Assembly (NCBI GenBank): GCA_045657545.1
Contig: JAZOTH010000025.1
Location: 50,662 to 114,661, forward strand
Reading direction: 5' to 3'
Length of the DNA stretch: 64,000 nt
From: Tidjanibacter sp.
Lineage (GTDB): Bacteria; Bacteroidota; Bacteroidia; Bacteroidales; Rikenellaceae
The notes beneath the pieces are model-generated. The model saw only the letters and a program-made list of their open reading frames with translations, did not search any database and was not told the origin of the DNA. Below, one piece after another: positions 54,953 to 63,764 of this stretch. Position numbers and translations under genes: made by a program. Within the stretch, counting starts at the first letter, position 1, and the number at the start of each line of letters is the position of its first letter.

Positions 54953-55462
54953 TTATTCGGCTTTCTTGTTGAGTTTGAGGGTTACATCGTGGGTTGCAGT
55001 GCCACTATACCAACCGGAGTTGCCGGGCTCTTTGTAGTCATCCCTATCGGTGGTGAGTACGATGGATGCAGAATCAAACTTACCATTAGTCTCACCGTCC
55101 ACGTCATCGGCCACGATGGTGTGTTTGTCGCTTGGGAAAGAGTTGACATTAAGCACCACCTTGCCACTTGCATCGGTTGTGCCTACGGCGAGGGTGTCGG
55201 TTATGGTCTCGTAGGTTGCCATCCCCGTTTCGCTATCCCAATATTGGCGTTCAATCTTTTCGATGGCACTCACGCGGATACCTTCAATAGGTGTATCATT
55301 CTCACTATCGACAATATCCACATTGAAAACATAGTCGGCACTGGGGCAACCATACATCGCAATGTTGCCACCTCCGCCAATGTTATCAATAACCTCACAC
55401 GAGGTAGCCACGGTCGAAAAACCAAGGATTCCGAGAATCCATCTGATAAGTTTGCAATTCAT
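54953..55462 (-). CDS. small surface lipoprotein, MYGCP-motif family (paralogue)
   Basis: 169 aa: lipobox VATSCEVID, MYGCPSADYVFNVDIVDSENDTPIEGIRVS, VADDVDGETNGKFDSASIVL, WYSGTAT, KLNKKAE. Confidence 0.75.
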   Translation of the reverse strand: MNCKLIRWILGILGFSTVATSCEVIDNIGGGGNIAMYGCPSADYVFNVDIVDSENDTPIEGIRVSAIEKIERQYWDSETGMATYETITDTLAVGTTDASGKVVLNVNSFPSDKHTIVADDVDGETNGKFDSASIVLTTDRDDYKEPGNSGWYSGTATHDVTLKLNKKAE

Positions 55463-55529
55463 ACTCTTAATTTATTAGGGGGTCTTTCTATATAGATGCA
55501 CAAGCACCTCAAAACGTTGCACGGGGTAG

Positions 55530-55617
55530 AGCATTTTTTTTGATTTTTTGCAAAAAAATGCGCTCAACTATAAAAAGTTGAGCGCAAGTTAGCATTTTTT
55601 TTGATTTTTTTGCAAAA
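55530..55617. repeat. 26/27-nt direct repeat flanking a hairpin in a divergent promoter region
   Basis: AGCATTTTTTTTGATTTTTTGCAAAA occurs at 55530-55555 and, with one extra T, at 55591-55617. The hairpin GCGCTCAAC tataaaaa GTTGAGCGC lies at 55560-55585. Confidence 0.85.
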
Positions 55618-55659
55618 TTAATATTACCTTCGTAGCCCTTTATCAAAAAATTGACCGCT

Positions 55660-56280
55660 ATGAGAGAGATAGATCCCAAAGATACCCCACGAGGTTTCCA
55701 ATATGAGATTTGGAAAAATGCACCCAATCCGATGCTTGTTTTTGTCAAAAGGTTGGATGTGACAAACCTTGTTAGGATGAGTAGGCGCAAAGGCTTGAAA
55801 TTCAATATGCTTCTGGACTATTGTATCGGCAAGGCAGCTCTTGACCAGAAGGAGTTTTATCTCCTGCCCGTGGGTGATAAATTGATGCAGTTCGACAAAA
55901 TTGCTATCAATACGATGGTGAAAAATCACACGGGAGAGGTGAGTTCGTGCGATATTGAGTTTGGCGGCAACTTTGAGGAATACAGTCGCGACTATATGAA
56001 ATACACCGCAGAGGTGGCGAAGAGTTGCACCGATAGGGATTTGTCGCAGGAGTGTATGGTCATCGGCACCTCGGCTGTGATTGATACTGAGTTAGAGTTT
56101 GCCGGCGGTATGTATAGCGGTATCTACAACAACCCATTCATCATTTGGGGCCGCTATTCGCGCCACCTTTTCAGGTACTACCTGAATCTATCGTTCCAAT
56201 TCCACCACACCCAGATGGATGGAGCCCACGCCGCACGTTTTCTGGCCAATTTACAGCGTGAGATTGATAGTTTGAAGTAG
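55660..56280 (+). CDS. CatA-like (chloramphenicol-acetyltransferase-fold) O-acetyltransferase
   Basis: The catalytic-His region FQFHHTQMDGAHAARF resembles the CAT HHAVCDGFH. The ATG at 55660 was chosen because the track start at 55651 is a TTG. Confidence 0.7.
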   Translation: MREIDPKDTPRGFQYEIWKNAPNPMLVFVKRLDVTNLVRMSRRKGLKFNMLLDYCIGKAALDQKEFYLLPVGDKLMQFDKIAINTMVKNHTGEVSSCDIEFGGNFEEYSRDYMKYTAEVAKSCTDRDLSQECMVIGTSAVIDTELEFAGGMYSGIYNNPFIIWGRYSRHLFRYYLNLSFQFHHTQMDGAHAARFLANLQREIDSLK

Positions 56281-56301
56281 CACAAATACCTCTATAAATC
56301 A

Positions 56302-56341
56302 AGCGAGTGACAAACCGTGGTTTGTCACTCGCTGAGTTTTT
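56302..56341. terminator. terminator hairpin between the acetyltransferase and tlpA-like genes
   Basis: AGCGAGTGACAAAC cgtg GTTTGTCACTCGCT: a 14-bp stem, followed by GAGTTTTTTG. Confidence 0.75.
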
Positions 56342-56355
56342 GTAGGGTGGGGGAG

Positions 56356-57384
56356 TTAGTCGAGAAGCTCTGCGAGTTTCGCGCCCAACTCTTCGCCACG
56401 CAGATTGCGTGCAACGATGGTGCCATCCGAAGCGATGAGGAAGTTCGAGGGGATACTCCTCACAGCGTAGCTCTTTGCCGATTCGTCTTCCCAGAACTTG
56501 AACTCGCTCACGTTAATCCACACAAGTCCCTTGCTCTCAATAGCTTTCAGCCAAGGCTCGCGAGCCCTATCGAGGCTCACACCGTAAATTTCAAAGCCCT
56601 TGTCGTGGTACTTTGCATAGTCCTCCACAAGGAATGGAACCTCCCTCATACAGGGGCCACACCACGAAGCCCAGAAGTCCAAGAGTACATATTTATTCTC
56701 CTTCAAGACCTCGCTCAACGACACCATTTTACCCTCGGCATCGGGCAGTGTGAGGTCGATGAACTGCTGACCTACATCAACTCTCTTCATACCCTCTGCG
56801 TGGTTGCGGAGAGTAATAGAGGTGTGTGATTTCTGCAACTTTTTGGGCAGTGCATCCACAGCGGCCAAAATCTCATCGGGAGTCATCTCGTAATAGACTT
56901 GCGTTGCAAGCAGATAGAGGCCGAAGATGTTATCTTTGTTCTCCTCGTAGGATTTGAGCGTATGGGCATCATATTCCCTCTCGGCAACGGCACGCGCATC
57001 CTCGTTTTCGGCAGCAACATAGGCCTCCATAAGAGCCTTTTTCTCTGCACGATACACCTCGTGGTGGTCGTTTGCGATAGTGCCGCCAATGGTCACATTG
57101 CCCCAATCCTCCAACGAGCCGGCAACCGTCACCACGCCCTCCTCGATAAATAGGGGGCGGCTCTTGTCGCCAACCACAAGATTGGCAAACAAGGGAGCCT
57201 TGGTATCAACCTTAATCTCAAACGAGCCATCCTCTGTGGTGGTGCTACCAAAGCACTCGGTGCTCTTATTGGCCATCAGTTTGACCTCTCCCGAGTAGCC
57301 ATCAATAGTACCCTTTACGATGTGGTTGGCACCGCAGCTTGTCAGCACGAGTGTGACCAATGCAAGCCAAAAACACCTTTTCAT
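56356..57384 (-). CDS. TlpA-family periplasmic thiol:disulfide oxidoreductase (lipoprotein)
   Basis: 342 aa with lipobox LVLTSCG, a thioredoxin fold and DFWASWCGPCMREVP. Confidence 0.85.
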   Translation of the reverse strand: MKRCFWLALVTLVLTSCGANHIVKGTIDGYSGEVKLMANKSTECFGSTTTEDGSFEIKVDTKAPLFANLVVGDKSRPLFIEEGVVTVAGSLEDWGNVTIGGTIANDHHEVYRAEKKALMEAYVAAENEDARAVAEREYDAHTLKSYEENKDNIFGLYLLATQVYYEMTPDEILAAVDALPKKLQKSHTSITLRNHAEGMKRVDVGQQFIDLTLPDAEGKMVSLSEVLKENKYVLLDFWASWCGPCMREVPFLVEDYAKYHDKGFEIYGVSLDRAREPWLKAIESKGLVWINVSEFKFWEDESAKSYAVRSIPSNFLIASDGTIVARNLRGEELGAKLAELLD

Positions 57385-57419
57385 ATTCTCGAAGGTTTTA
57401 GGTTGTTACTTTTTTGCCA

Positions 57420-58466
57420 CTACTCGAAAATCTCTGCCAACTTCTCAGCCAAAGCCTCGCCACGCAAGTTGCGTGCAATGATCTCACCCTCGGCGTTGAT
57501 GAGGAAGTTTGCGGGGATGGAGTTTACCGAATACTCTTTGGCAGCCTCGGTCTGCCAGCCGCCCAAAGTGCTGACATTCACCCATTTCATACCCTGCTTT
57601 TCGATGGTGTTTTTCCACGCTTGCTCGTCGTCATCAAGGCTTACGCCATAAATCTCAAAGCCCTTGTCGTGGTATTTTGCGTATGCCTCCAAAAGGTAGG
57701 GCATCTCACCCATACAGGGGCGGCACCACGAAGCCCAGAAGTCCAGAAGAACAACCTTATTGGCCTCTACAACCTCTTTGAGCGACACCTCCTGACCTTC
57801 AACATTGGGGAGGGCAATATTGATGTAGGGCTGACCGATGGCGGTTTTCAAAAGGCCCTCAGCGTACTCCTTAACCATAGTCATCTCCTCCATTTTCTGG
57901 ATTTCGGAGGGGTAGGACTCGATGGTAGCCAAAATCTGCTCGGCCTCCATTTCGTGGTACTTGCCACTGATGAAGAGGTATGCACCCCAAAGGTTGTCGC
58001 TATTCTCCAAGTAGCTCTCATTCATCAGATCGCGTACCTGAGCGATAACCATCATAAAATTCTCCTCGGGTGCCTCGCCGTTCATAATGGGAGCCATCAA
58101 CTCCCACTGCTTCTCATTGAAAGCAGCGAAAGCGTCGTTTGCAGGGGTGCCTGTTGCGGTCAAACTCTCCGCATTGTCGGCCTTGCCCTCAACTTTAATA
58201 GGGGTGCCGTCAAGAAAGAGAGGCATAACGGGGTTGCCACCCAAAGCCAAAGCTGCGAGGATGGGGGTTTCGCTCTCAATGCTCAATTGGAACGAGCCAT
58301 CCTCGGTGGTTGTGGATACGAGCACCTCGTCACCATTCATATTCATAATGGCAACCTCACCTGTTTGACCCTCAATGTGTCCCTCAACTACATAGGTTTT
58401 CGAAGTGTTACAGCCCACTGCCAAGAGCGCAGCCGCAACGATAAACATAAACTTTTTCATACTCAT
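57420..58466 (-). CDS. TlpA-family periplasmic thiol:disulfide oxidoreductase (paralogue)
   Basis: 348 aa with lipobox LLAVGCN and DFWASWCRPCMGEMP. Confidence 0.85.
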   Translation of the reverse strand: MSMKKFMFIVAAALLAVGCNTSKTYVVEGHIEGQTGEVAIMNMNGDEVLVSTTTEDGSFQLSIESETPILAALALGGNPVMPLFLDGTPIKVEGKADNAESLTATGTPANDAFAAFNEKQWELMAPIMNGEAPEENFMMVIAQVRDLMNESYLENSDNLWGAYLFISGKYHEMEAEQILATIESYPSEIQKMEEMTMVKEYAEGLLKTAIGQPYINIALPNVEGQEVSLKEVVEANKVVLLDFWASWCRPCMGEMPYLLEAYAKYHDKGFEIYGVSLDDDEQAWKNTIEKQGMKWVNVSTLGGWQTEAAKEYSVNSIPANFLINAEGEIIARNLRGEALAEKLAEIFE

Positions 58467-58488
58467 TGTTTTTATTTTTGGTTAATAA

Positions 58489-59100
58489 TTATTTCTTCAC
58501 TGTCGCCTTACGCTCGGCAACCACTCTATCGGGATTTCCCGCCACAAAGTTCTCCCACGAGGAGCTCTTGGTTCTTCCGCGCTTCACGGCCACCGTCTGG
58601 TGGGGAATAGGGGAGGAGGTTTCGAAGTAGTGGCAAAGGGCCACTGCAAGGCCGTCCGTAGCATCCAACCTCTTGGGATTATACTCCACGCCAAGCATAC
58701 TTTTGAGCATTGCGGCAACCTGCTCTTTGGCGGCACCACCATTGCCCGTAATGGCCTGCTTAACCCTTCTTGGGGCATACTCAAAGACCTTGTGTCCTCT
58801 GCACAGTGCCGCAGCCATAGCCACTCCCTGTGCTCTGCCCAATTTGAGCATACTCTGCACATTCTCCCCAAAGAAGGGCGACTCCAAAGCCACCTCGTCG
58901 GGCCGATACTCATCCACAAGAGAGAGTACCCGATTGAAGATGTAGCGCAGCTTCTCGTAGGGGTCCTTCATCTTGGTCATCTCTATATCGCCAATGACCA
59001 CCGCGCGCAATTTATTCTTTCCGAGCACCTCCAACACACCATATCCCATACGGTTGGTTCCCGGGTCTATGCCCATAATTATGCGATGCTCGGAGCCCAT
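58489..59100 (-). CDS. ruvC: crossover junction endodeoxyribonuclease RuvC
   Basis: IMGIDPGTNRMGYGV, ALESPFFGENVQSMLKLGRAQGV, and the DATDGLAVALCH acidic catalytic residues. Confidence 0.88.
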   Translation of the reverse strand: MGSEHRIIMGIDPGTNRMGYGVLEVLGKNKLRAVVIGDIEMTKMKDPYEKLRYIFNRVLSLVDEYRPDEVALESPFFGENVQSMLKLGRAQGVAMAAALCRGHKVFEYAPRRVKQAITGNGGAAKEQVAAMLKSMLGVEYNPKRLDATDGLAVALCHYFETSSPIPHQTVAVKRGRTKSSSWENFVAGNPDRVVAERKATVKK

Positions 59101-59103
59101 CTG

Positions 59104-60141
59104 CTATCGGTTTTTGAGTTCTTCGACCTCTTTGCGCAACTCCCTTACATTACGTTGCAGCTCGGGAAGGTTGCGGAATACGGCATTTGCCCTGCGGAAA
59201 CGTGCAGCGTCAATACCAAACGAGCCCATAATCTGCGAGCCCTCGGGTACCGACGAGCTCACACCGCTACTCGAACCCACAATCGTGCGATCGCCCACCG
59301 TGATATGTCCCACAATACCTGCCTGACCACCAATCATACAGTTCTTGCCCACCTTTGCTGAGCCTGCAACTGCCGACTGACCAGCCATCACCGTATTGGC
59401 ACCAATTACAACATTGTGGCCAATCTGAACAAGGTTATCAATCTTCGTACCCTTGCAAATAACCGTTGAGCCCATAGTCGCGCGGTCGATGGTGGTGTTG
59501 GCACCAATCTCCACATCGTCCTCAATGGTTACAATGCCAATCTGGGGAATCTTGTCGTACTCACCCTTTGCATTGGGGGCAAAACCGAAACCATCGGAGC
59601 CTACCACTGCGCCCGAGTGGAGCACACACCTCTCACCAATCTTGCAACCCTCATAGACCTTTACGCCCGAATAGAGAGTACTCTTTGCGCCCACCTTTAC
59701 GCCATCGCCAAGATAGACGTGGGGGTACAACTTCACACCGTCGCCCACCACTGCGCCCTCGTCAATCACGACATAGGCACCAATGTAGCAGCCCTCACCA
59801 ACCGTAGCACTCTCCGCCACAACTGCTGTGGGGTGGATACCGCTCTTCTGGGGTTTGTAGGCCACATACATCTCCAAGAGTTTGGCAAAGCATCCGTAGG
59901 CATCATCCACCTTGATGAGCGTAGCCTTAACGGGCTCTTTGGGCTCCCACGAGCGATTGACAATAACTATCGAAGAGTCGGTCGTGTAGACATAGTGTTC
60001 ATACTTGGGATTCGCCATAAACGATAGCGCACCGGCGTGTCCCTCCTCAATTTTTGCAAAAGTGCTAACGGTAACATCCTTGTTACCACCAATCTCGCCA
60101 CCCAAACCGGCGGCAATCATTTCAGCCGAAAATTGCATCAT
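59104..60141 (-). CDS. lpxD: UDP-3-O-acylglucosamine N-acyltransferase
   Basis: 345 aa with an N-terminal LpxD domain, a long left-handed beta-helix of hexapeptide repeats, and a C-terminal helix. Confidence 0.88.
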   Translation of the reverse strand: MMQFSAEMIAAGLGGEIGGNKDVTVSTFAKIEEGHAGALSFMANPKYEHYVYTTDSSIVIVNRSWEPKEPVKATLIKVDDAYGCFAKLLEMYVAYKPQKSGIHPTAVVAESATVGEGCYIGAYVVIDEGAVVGDGVKLYPHVYLGDGVKVGAKSTLYSGVKVYEGCKIGERCVLHSGAVVGSDGFGFAPNAKGEYDKIPQIGIVTIEDDVEIGANTTIDRATMGSTVICKGTKIDNLVQIGHNVVIGANTVMAGQSAVAGSAKVGKNCMIGGQAGIVGHITVGDRTIVGSSSGVSSSVPEGSQIMGSFGIDAARFRRANAVFRNLPELQRNVRELRKEVEELKNR

Positions 60142-60176
60142 TTGTGTATTTTAGTTGTGGTTAATAAAGTTCTCTC

Positions 60177-60644
60177 TCAAAGGTATTTTTTGATATCAAT
60201 ACCTGCGGGCATAAACTGCTCGACATCGCCATCGAAACTCAAAATCTCCCTAATCACGCTACTCGACACTGCCACATACTCCGGAGGGGTAAAGAGCAGT
60301 ACGGTCGTAATCTCGGGGTAGAGCCTCTGGTTGATTTGCATCATATTGCGCTCATAGTCGAAATCCACGGTATTGCGCATACCACGCAACACAAACTTCA
60401 ACTCTCTGTCGCGACAATACTCACCCGTTAGGCCGTGGTAGCTAACAACCTCCACTCGGGGCTCATCGGCATAGAGGTCTTCGATGAGCCTTTTGCGGTT
60501 TTCGACCGTCAGCAACCCCCTCTTATCCTGATTCTCGCCAATGGCAATAATGAGCCTGTCGAAAATCTTTAAGCCCTCTGCCACCAATGCTTGATGGCCC
60601 GAAGTAAAGGGGTCAAACGACCCTGGGAAAATTGCGATTTTCAT
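60177..60644 (-). CDS. coaD: phosphopantetheine adenylyltransferase
   Basis: MKIAIFPGSFDPFTSGHQALV and SSSVIRE. Confidence 0.9.
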   Translation of the reverse strand: MKIAIFPGSFDPFTSGHQALVAEGLKIFDRLIIAIGENQDKRGLLTVENRKRLIEDLYADEPRVEVVSYHGLTGEYCRDRELKFVLRGMRNTVDFDYERNMMQINQRLYPEITTVLLFTPPEYVAVSSSVIREILSFDGDVEQFMPAGIDIKKYL

Positions 60645-60674
60645 ATCCGTTTATAGTTTCTGGCTTCGTGCAAC

Positions 60675-62216
60675 TTACACCAATTTCTCGAAGAGGCGAC
60701 GCATACCCACCTTGTCGGCAACAATTGCCTCCAACTCGTCGATACCAACGCGATACTGTTTCATAGTATCCCTCTCGCGGATGGTTACGGTGTTGTCCTC
60801 CTTGGTCTGGTGATCGACGGTCACGCAGAAGGGGGTACCGATAGCATCCTGACGACGGTAGCGTTTGCCAATAGAATCCTTCTCGTCGTACTGCACATTG
60901 TGGCTGAATTTGAGCTTATGAACGAGGTCCATAGCAATTTCCTGCAAGCCATCCTTCTTCACAAGGGGCAGAACTGCCACCTTAACGGGGGCGAGGGGAG
61001 CAGGAATCGAAAGCACGGTACGAGTCTCGCCATTTTCGAGGGCCTCCTCCTTGTATGCAGCCGAGAGCACCTGCAAAACCATACGATCCACACCAATAGA
61101 GGTCTCCACAACATAGGGAACATAGCTTTCGCCTGTCTCGGGGTCGAAGTACTGAATCTTCTTACCCGAATACTGCTGGTGGCGGCCCAAGTCGTAGTCG
61201 GTACGCGAGTGGATACCCTCCACCTCTTTGAAGCCGAAGGGGAAGTTGAACTCCACATCGGTAGCGGCATTTGCGTAGTGTGCGAGCTTCTCGTGGTCGT
61301 GGAAGCGGTAGTTGTCATCGCCAAAGCCGAGCGCACGGTGCCAGCTCATACGAGTCTCTTTCCACTTGTTCCACCACATCATCTCCTCACCGGGGCGTAC
61401 AAAGAACTGCATCTCCATCTGCTCGAACTCCCTCATACGGAAGATGAACTGGCGAGCCACAATCTCGTTACGGAAAGCCTTACCAATCTGTGCAATACCA
61501 AAAGGAATCTTCATCCTGCCGGTCTTCTGCACATTGAGGAAGTTCACAAAGATACCCTGTGCGGTCTCGGGGCGGAGATATACGGTGTTGGCACCCTCAG
61601 CAACCGAGCCCATCTGGGTGGAGAACATAAGGTTGAACTGACGCACATCGGTCCAGTTGCGCGAGCCCGAGATGGGGCAGACAATCTCGCAATCGAGGAT
61701 AATCTGGCGCACCTCGGCCAAATCATTGGCGTTGAGCGCGTCGGCCATACGCTGATTTATCTCATCCCTGCGAGCCTTAATCTCCAATACGCGAGCGTTG
61801 GTTTGGAGGAACATCTCTTTATTGAAACTCTCGCCAAAGCGTTTTGCAGCCTTTGCGCACTCCTTCTCAATCTTCTCGTCCTGCTTTGCAATCCAATCCT
61901 CAATCAGGACATCGGCACGGTAGCGTTTCTTGGAATCTTTGTTGTCAATCAGAGGGTCATTGAAGGCACCAACGTGACCACTTGCCTCCCACACTCTGGG
62001 GTGCATAAAAATTGCTGCGTCGATACCCACGATATTGTCGTGCAACTTGGTCATCGAATCCCACCAATAGGTCTTGATGTTGTTTTTGAGCTCCACGCCG
62101 AGCTGACCATAGTCATATACGGCGCTCAGACCGTCATAAATCTCGCTCGAAGGGAAGATAAAACCATACTCTTTGCAGTGTGCAATCAGTTTCTTGAAAA
62201 GTTCTTCTTGTGTCAT
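60675..62216 (-). CDS. glyQS: glycine-tRNA ligase (dimeric alpha2 type)
   Basis: 513 aa with class II aaRS motifs (FRNEIVARQFIFRMREFEQME, GIDRM) and an anticodon-binding C-terminus. Confidence 0.9.
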   Translation of the reverse strand: MTQEELFKKLIAHCKEYGFIFPSSEIYDGLSAVYDYGQLGVELKNNIKTYWWDSMTKLHDNIVGIDAAIFMHPRVWEASGHVGAFNDPLIDNKDSKKRYRADVLIEDWIAKQDEKIEKECAKAAKRFGESFNKEMFLQTNARVLEIKARRDEINQRMADALNANDLAEVRQIILDCEIVCPISGSRNWTDVRQFNLMFSTQMGSVAEGANTVYLRPETAQGIFVNFLNVQKTGRMKIPFGIAQIGKAFRNEIVARQFIFRMREFEQMEMQFFVRPGEEMMWWNKWKETRMSWHRALGFGDDNYRFHDHEKLAHYANAATDVEFNFPFGFKEVEGIHSRTDYDLGRHQQYSGKKIQYFDPETGESYVPYVVETSIGVDRMVLQVLSAAYKEEALENGETRTVLSIPAPLAPVKVAVLPLVKKDGLQEIAMDLVHKLKFSHNVQYDEKDSIGKRYRRQDAIGTPFCVTVDHQTKEDNTVTIRERDTMKQYRVGIDELEAIVADKVGMRRLFEKLV

Positions 62217-62281
62217 TGTTTTTTATGTTTTTATATTTCTAATATAATTCGCTTTCGTTTCAATCTACAAAGATATGAAAA

Positions 62282-62314
62282 GAATTGAGAATTGAGAATT
62301 GAGAGTTGAAAATT
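62282..62314. repeat. 7-nt periodic array (GAATTGA)x3 GAGTTGA AAATT upstream of glyQS
   Basis: Read directly from the sequence. It is followed by the small hairpin TTCCCC aaa GGGGAA. Confidence 0.9.
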
Positions 62315-62344
62315 ATTCCCCAAAGGGGAAATTTATCTTTTCCC

Positions 62345-62382
62345 GCAAAAATAAACGCCACCCCGTAGTGGAAGGTGGCGTT
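62345..62382 (-). terminator. terminator after the HAD hydrolase gene
   Basis: The minus strand reads AACGCCACC ttccactacgg GGTGGCGTT TATTTTT. Confidence 0.65.
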
Positions 62383-62406
62383 GTGAAATTCTATATCAAG
62401 CGGTGA

Positions 62407-63054
62407 TTAAATATAGTCAATTAGTTGGCTTGGATTATCAATGATTGCCAAAGGGTTGTGTGCTGTAAGTTCAACCTTTGGTCGAAATCCCCACGACACG
62501 CCGAGGCAATCTACTTCGGCACTCTTTGCTGTCTGCATATCCACATTTGTGTCGCCCACATAGAGCACCTCATTTTTGCCAACTTTGGTATATTCCAAAA
62601 TCTCCTCCACGATTTGTGGGTTGGGTTTGCGGGGCACTCCCTCGCGGTTGCCGAGCACCAACTCGAAGTGGATGTTTGGGAAGAAATGGGCAATAAGTTT
62701 GAGGGTTGCCGAGTGGTATTTGTTAGAGGCAACGGCCATCTTTACACCTCTTTTTTGGAGTTCTTCGAGCAGTTCGGGAATACCTTCATAGGGGTGGCTG
62801 AGGTCGGCATTGTGTATCTCGTAGAAGGGAATGAATAAATCTCTGATACGCAGAATATTCTCCTCCGTGCGGGCCCCCTCGGGAAGAGCTCTCTCAAAGA
62901 GTTTCATTACACCATCGCCCACCATAAAGCGGTAGGCATCCTCGGGGTGGGTGGCAAATCCGCACTTTTCGAGTGCCTGATTGACCGACACGCAGAGGTC
63001 GCCAATGGAGTTTATGAGGGTGCCATCGAGGTCAAAAATCACAAGTCGTTTCAT
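62407..63054 (-). CDS. HAD-superfamily hydrolase (phosphoglycolate-phosphatase-like)
   Basis: FDLDGTLINS motif I, SNK motif, and GDTNVDMQTA motif IV. Confidence 0.8.
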   Translation of the reverse strand: MKRLVIFDLDGTLINSIGDLCVSVNQALEKCGFATHPEDAYRFMVGDGVMKLFERALPEGARTEENILRIRDLFIPFYEIHNADLSHPYEGIPELLEELQKRGVKMAVASNKYHSATLKLIAHFFPNIHFELVLGNREGVPRKPNPQIVEEILEYTKVGKNEVLYVGDTNVDMQTAKSAEVDCLGVSWGFRPKVELTAHNPLAIIDNPSQLIDYI

Positions 63055-63109
63055 CTCCTAAAAAACTATTTTCTCCGCCACAAAGATAGTACTTTTCGAA
63101 ATCTTTGAG

Positions 63110-63117
63110 TACTTTTG
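63110..63117 (+). promoter_or_regulatory. candidate -7 box (TActTTTG) for the deformylase gene
   Basis: TACTTTTG lies 34 nt upstream of the ATG at 63151, so the long (signal-peptide) reading frame would be on the mRNA. Confidence 0.4.
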
Positions 63118-63150
63118 TCCAAAGTAATCCCCCAAAAATAGACAATTTCA

Positions 63151-63750
63151 ATGAAGAAGATACTTGCATTTTCGGTTTTGTTGTTTGCTATTACTGCTTG
63201 CAATAGAGCGACTTGGAGTCAAGAGGAGAGTGCTTTGATAAACGCCTCCAACTACTCCCGAATGAGGGTGACAACCATTGATACCCCTTCGGATTCGCTC
63301 CTTTTGCGCACCCCTTCGGCTCCGCTCACTCGCGAGGATGTTTTGGCTCCCGAGTTTGGTAGATTGGTGGCCTCGATGATAGAGAGTGTCAATGACCCCC
63401 AAAATGCAGGTGTCGGTATCGCCGCTCCTCAGGTTGGTATTCTGCGTAGGGTAGTGGTCGTGCAACGCTTCGATAAGGCGGGAACGCCCTTTGAGGTCTA
63501 TGTCAATCCTCGGATTATATCCTATGGCGAGAAGTGGGCATTGGGTAGTGAGGGGTGCCTTTCGGTACCTGCTCTGCGTGGCGATGTAAGTCGCTCACAA
63601 TCAATAGAGATTGCCTATAATCACGCTACATCGTTTGCCCCCGTAAGGGAGCAAATAGAGGGCTTTACAGCAGTAATATTTCAGCACGAATTAGACCACC
63701 TCGACGGTGTGTTGTATATCGACCGCGCGGAGGTCGTTGCGTCGGAATAG
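63151..63750 (+). CDS. def: peptide deformylase with N-terminal lipoprotein signal peptide
   Basis: MKKILAFSVLLFAITAC lipobox followed by all three PDF motifs: GVGIAAPQVG, EGCLSVP and QHELDHLDG. Confidence 0.85.
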   Translation: MKKILAFSVLLFAITACNRATWSQEESALINASNYSRMRVTTIDTPSDSLLLRTPSAPLTREDVLAPEFGRLVASMIESVNDPQNAGVGIAAPQVGILRRVVVVQRFDKAGTPFEVYVNPRIISYGEKWALGSEGCLSVPALRGDVSRSQSIEIAYNHATSFAPVREQIEGFTAVIFQHELDHLDGVLYIDRAEVVASE

Positions 63751-63764
63751 GAGCCCTAAACCCT

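Noticed and set aside
60810-62288. 492-aa plus-strand ORF opposite glyQS. Similar cases are 47837-49189 opposite pepD, 57414-58610 opposite tlpA, and 12959-14176 opposite purF.
   Set aside because: All of these are antisense to confidently identified genes. They show no motifs and have the same skewed composition.
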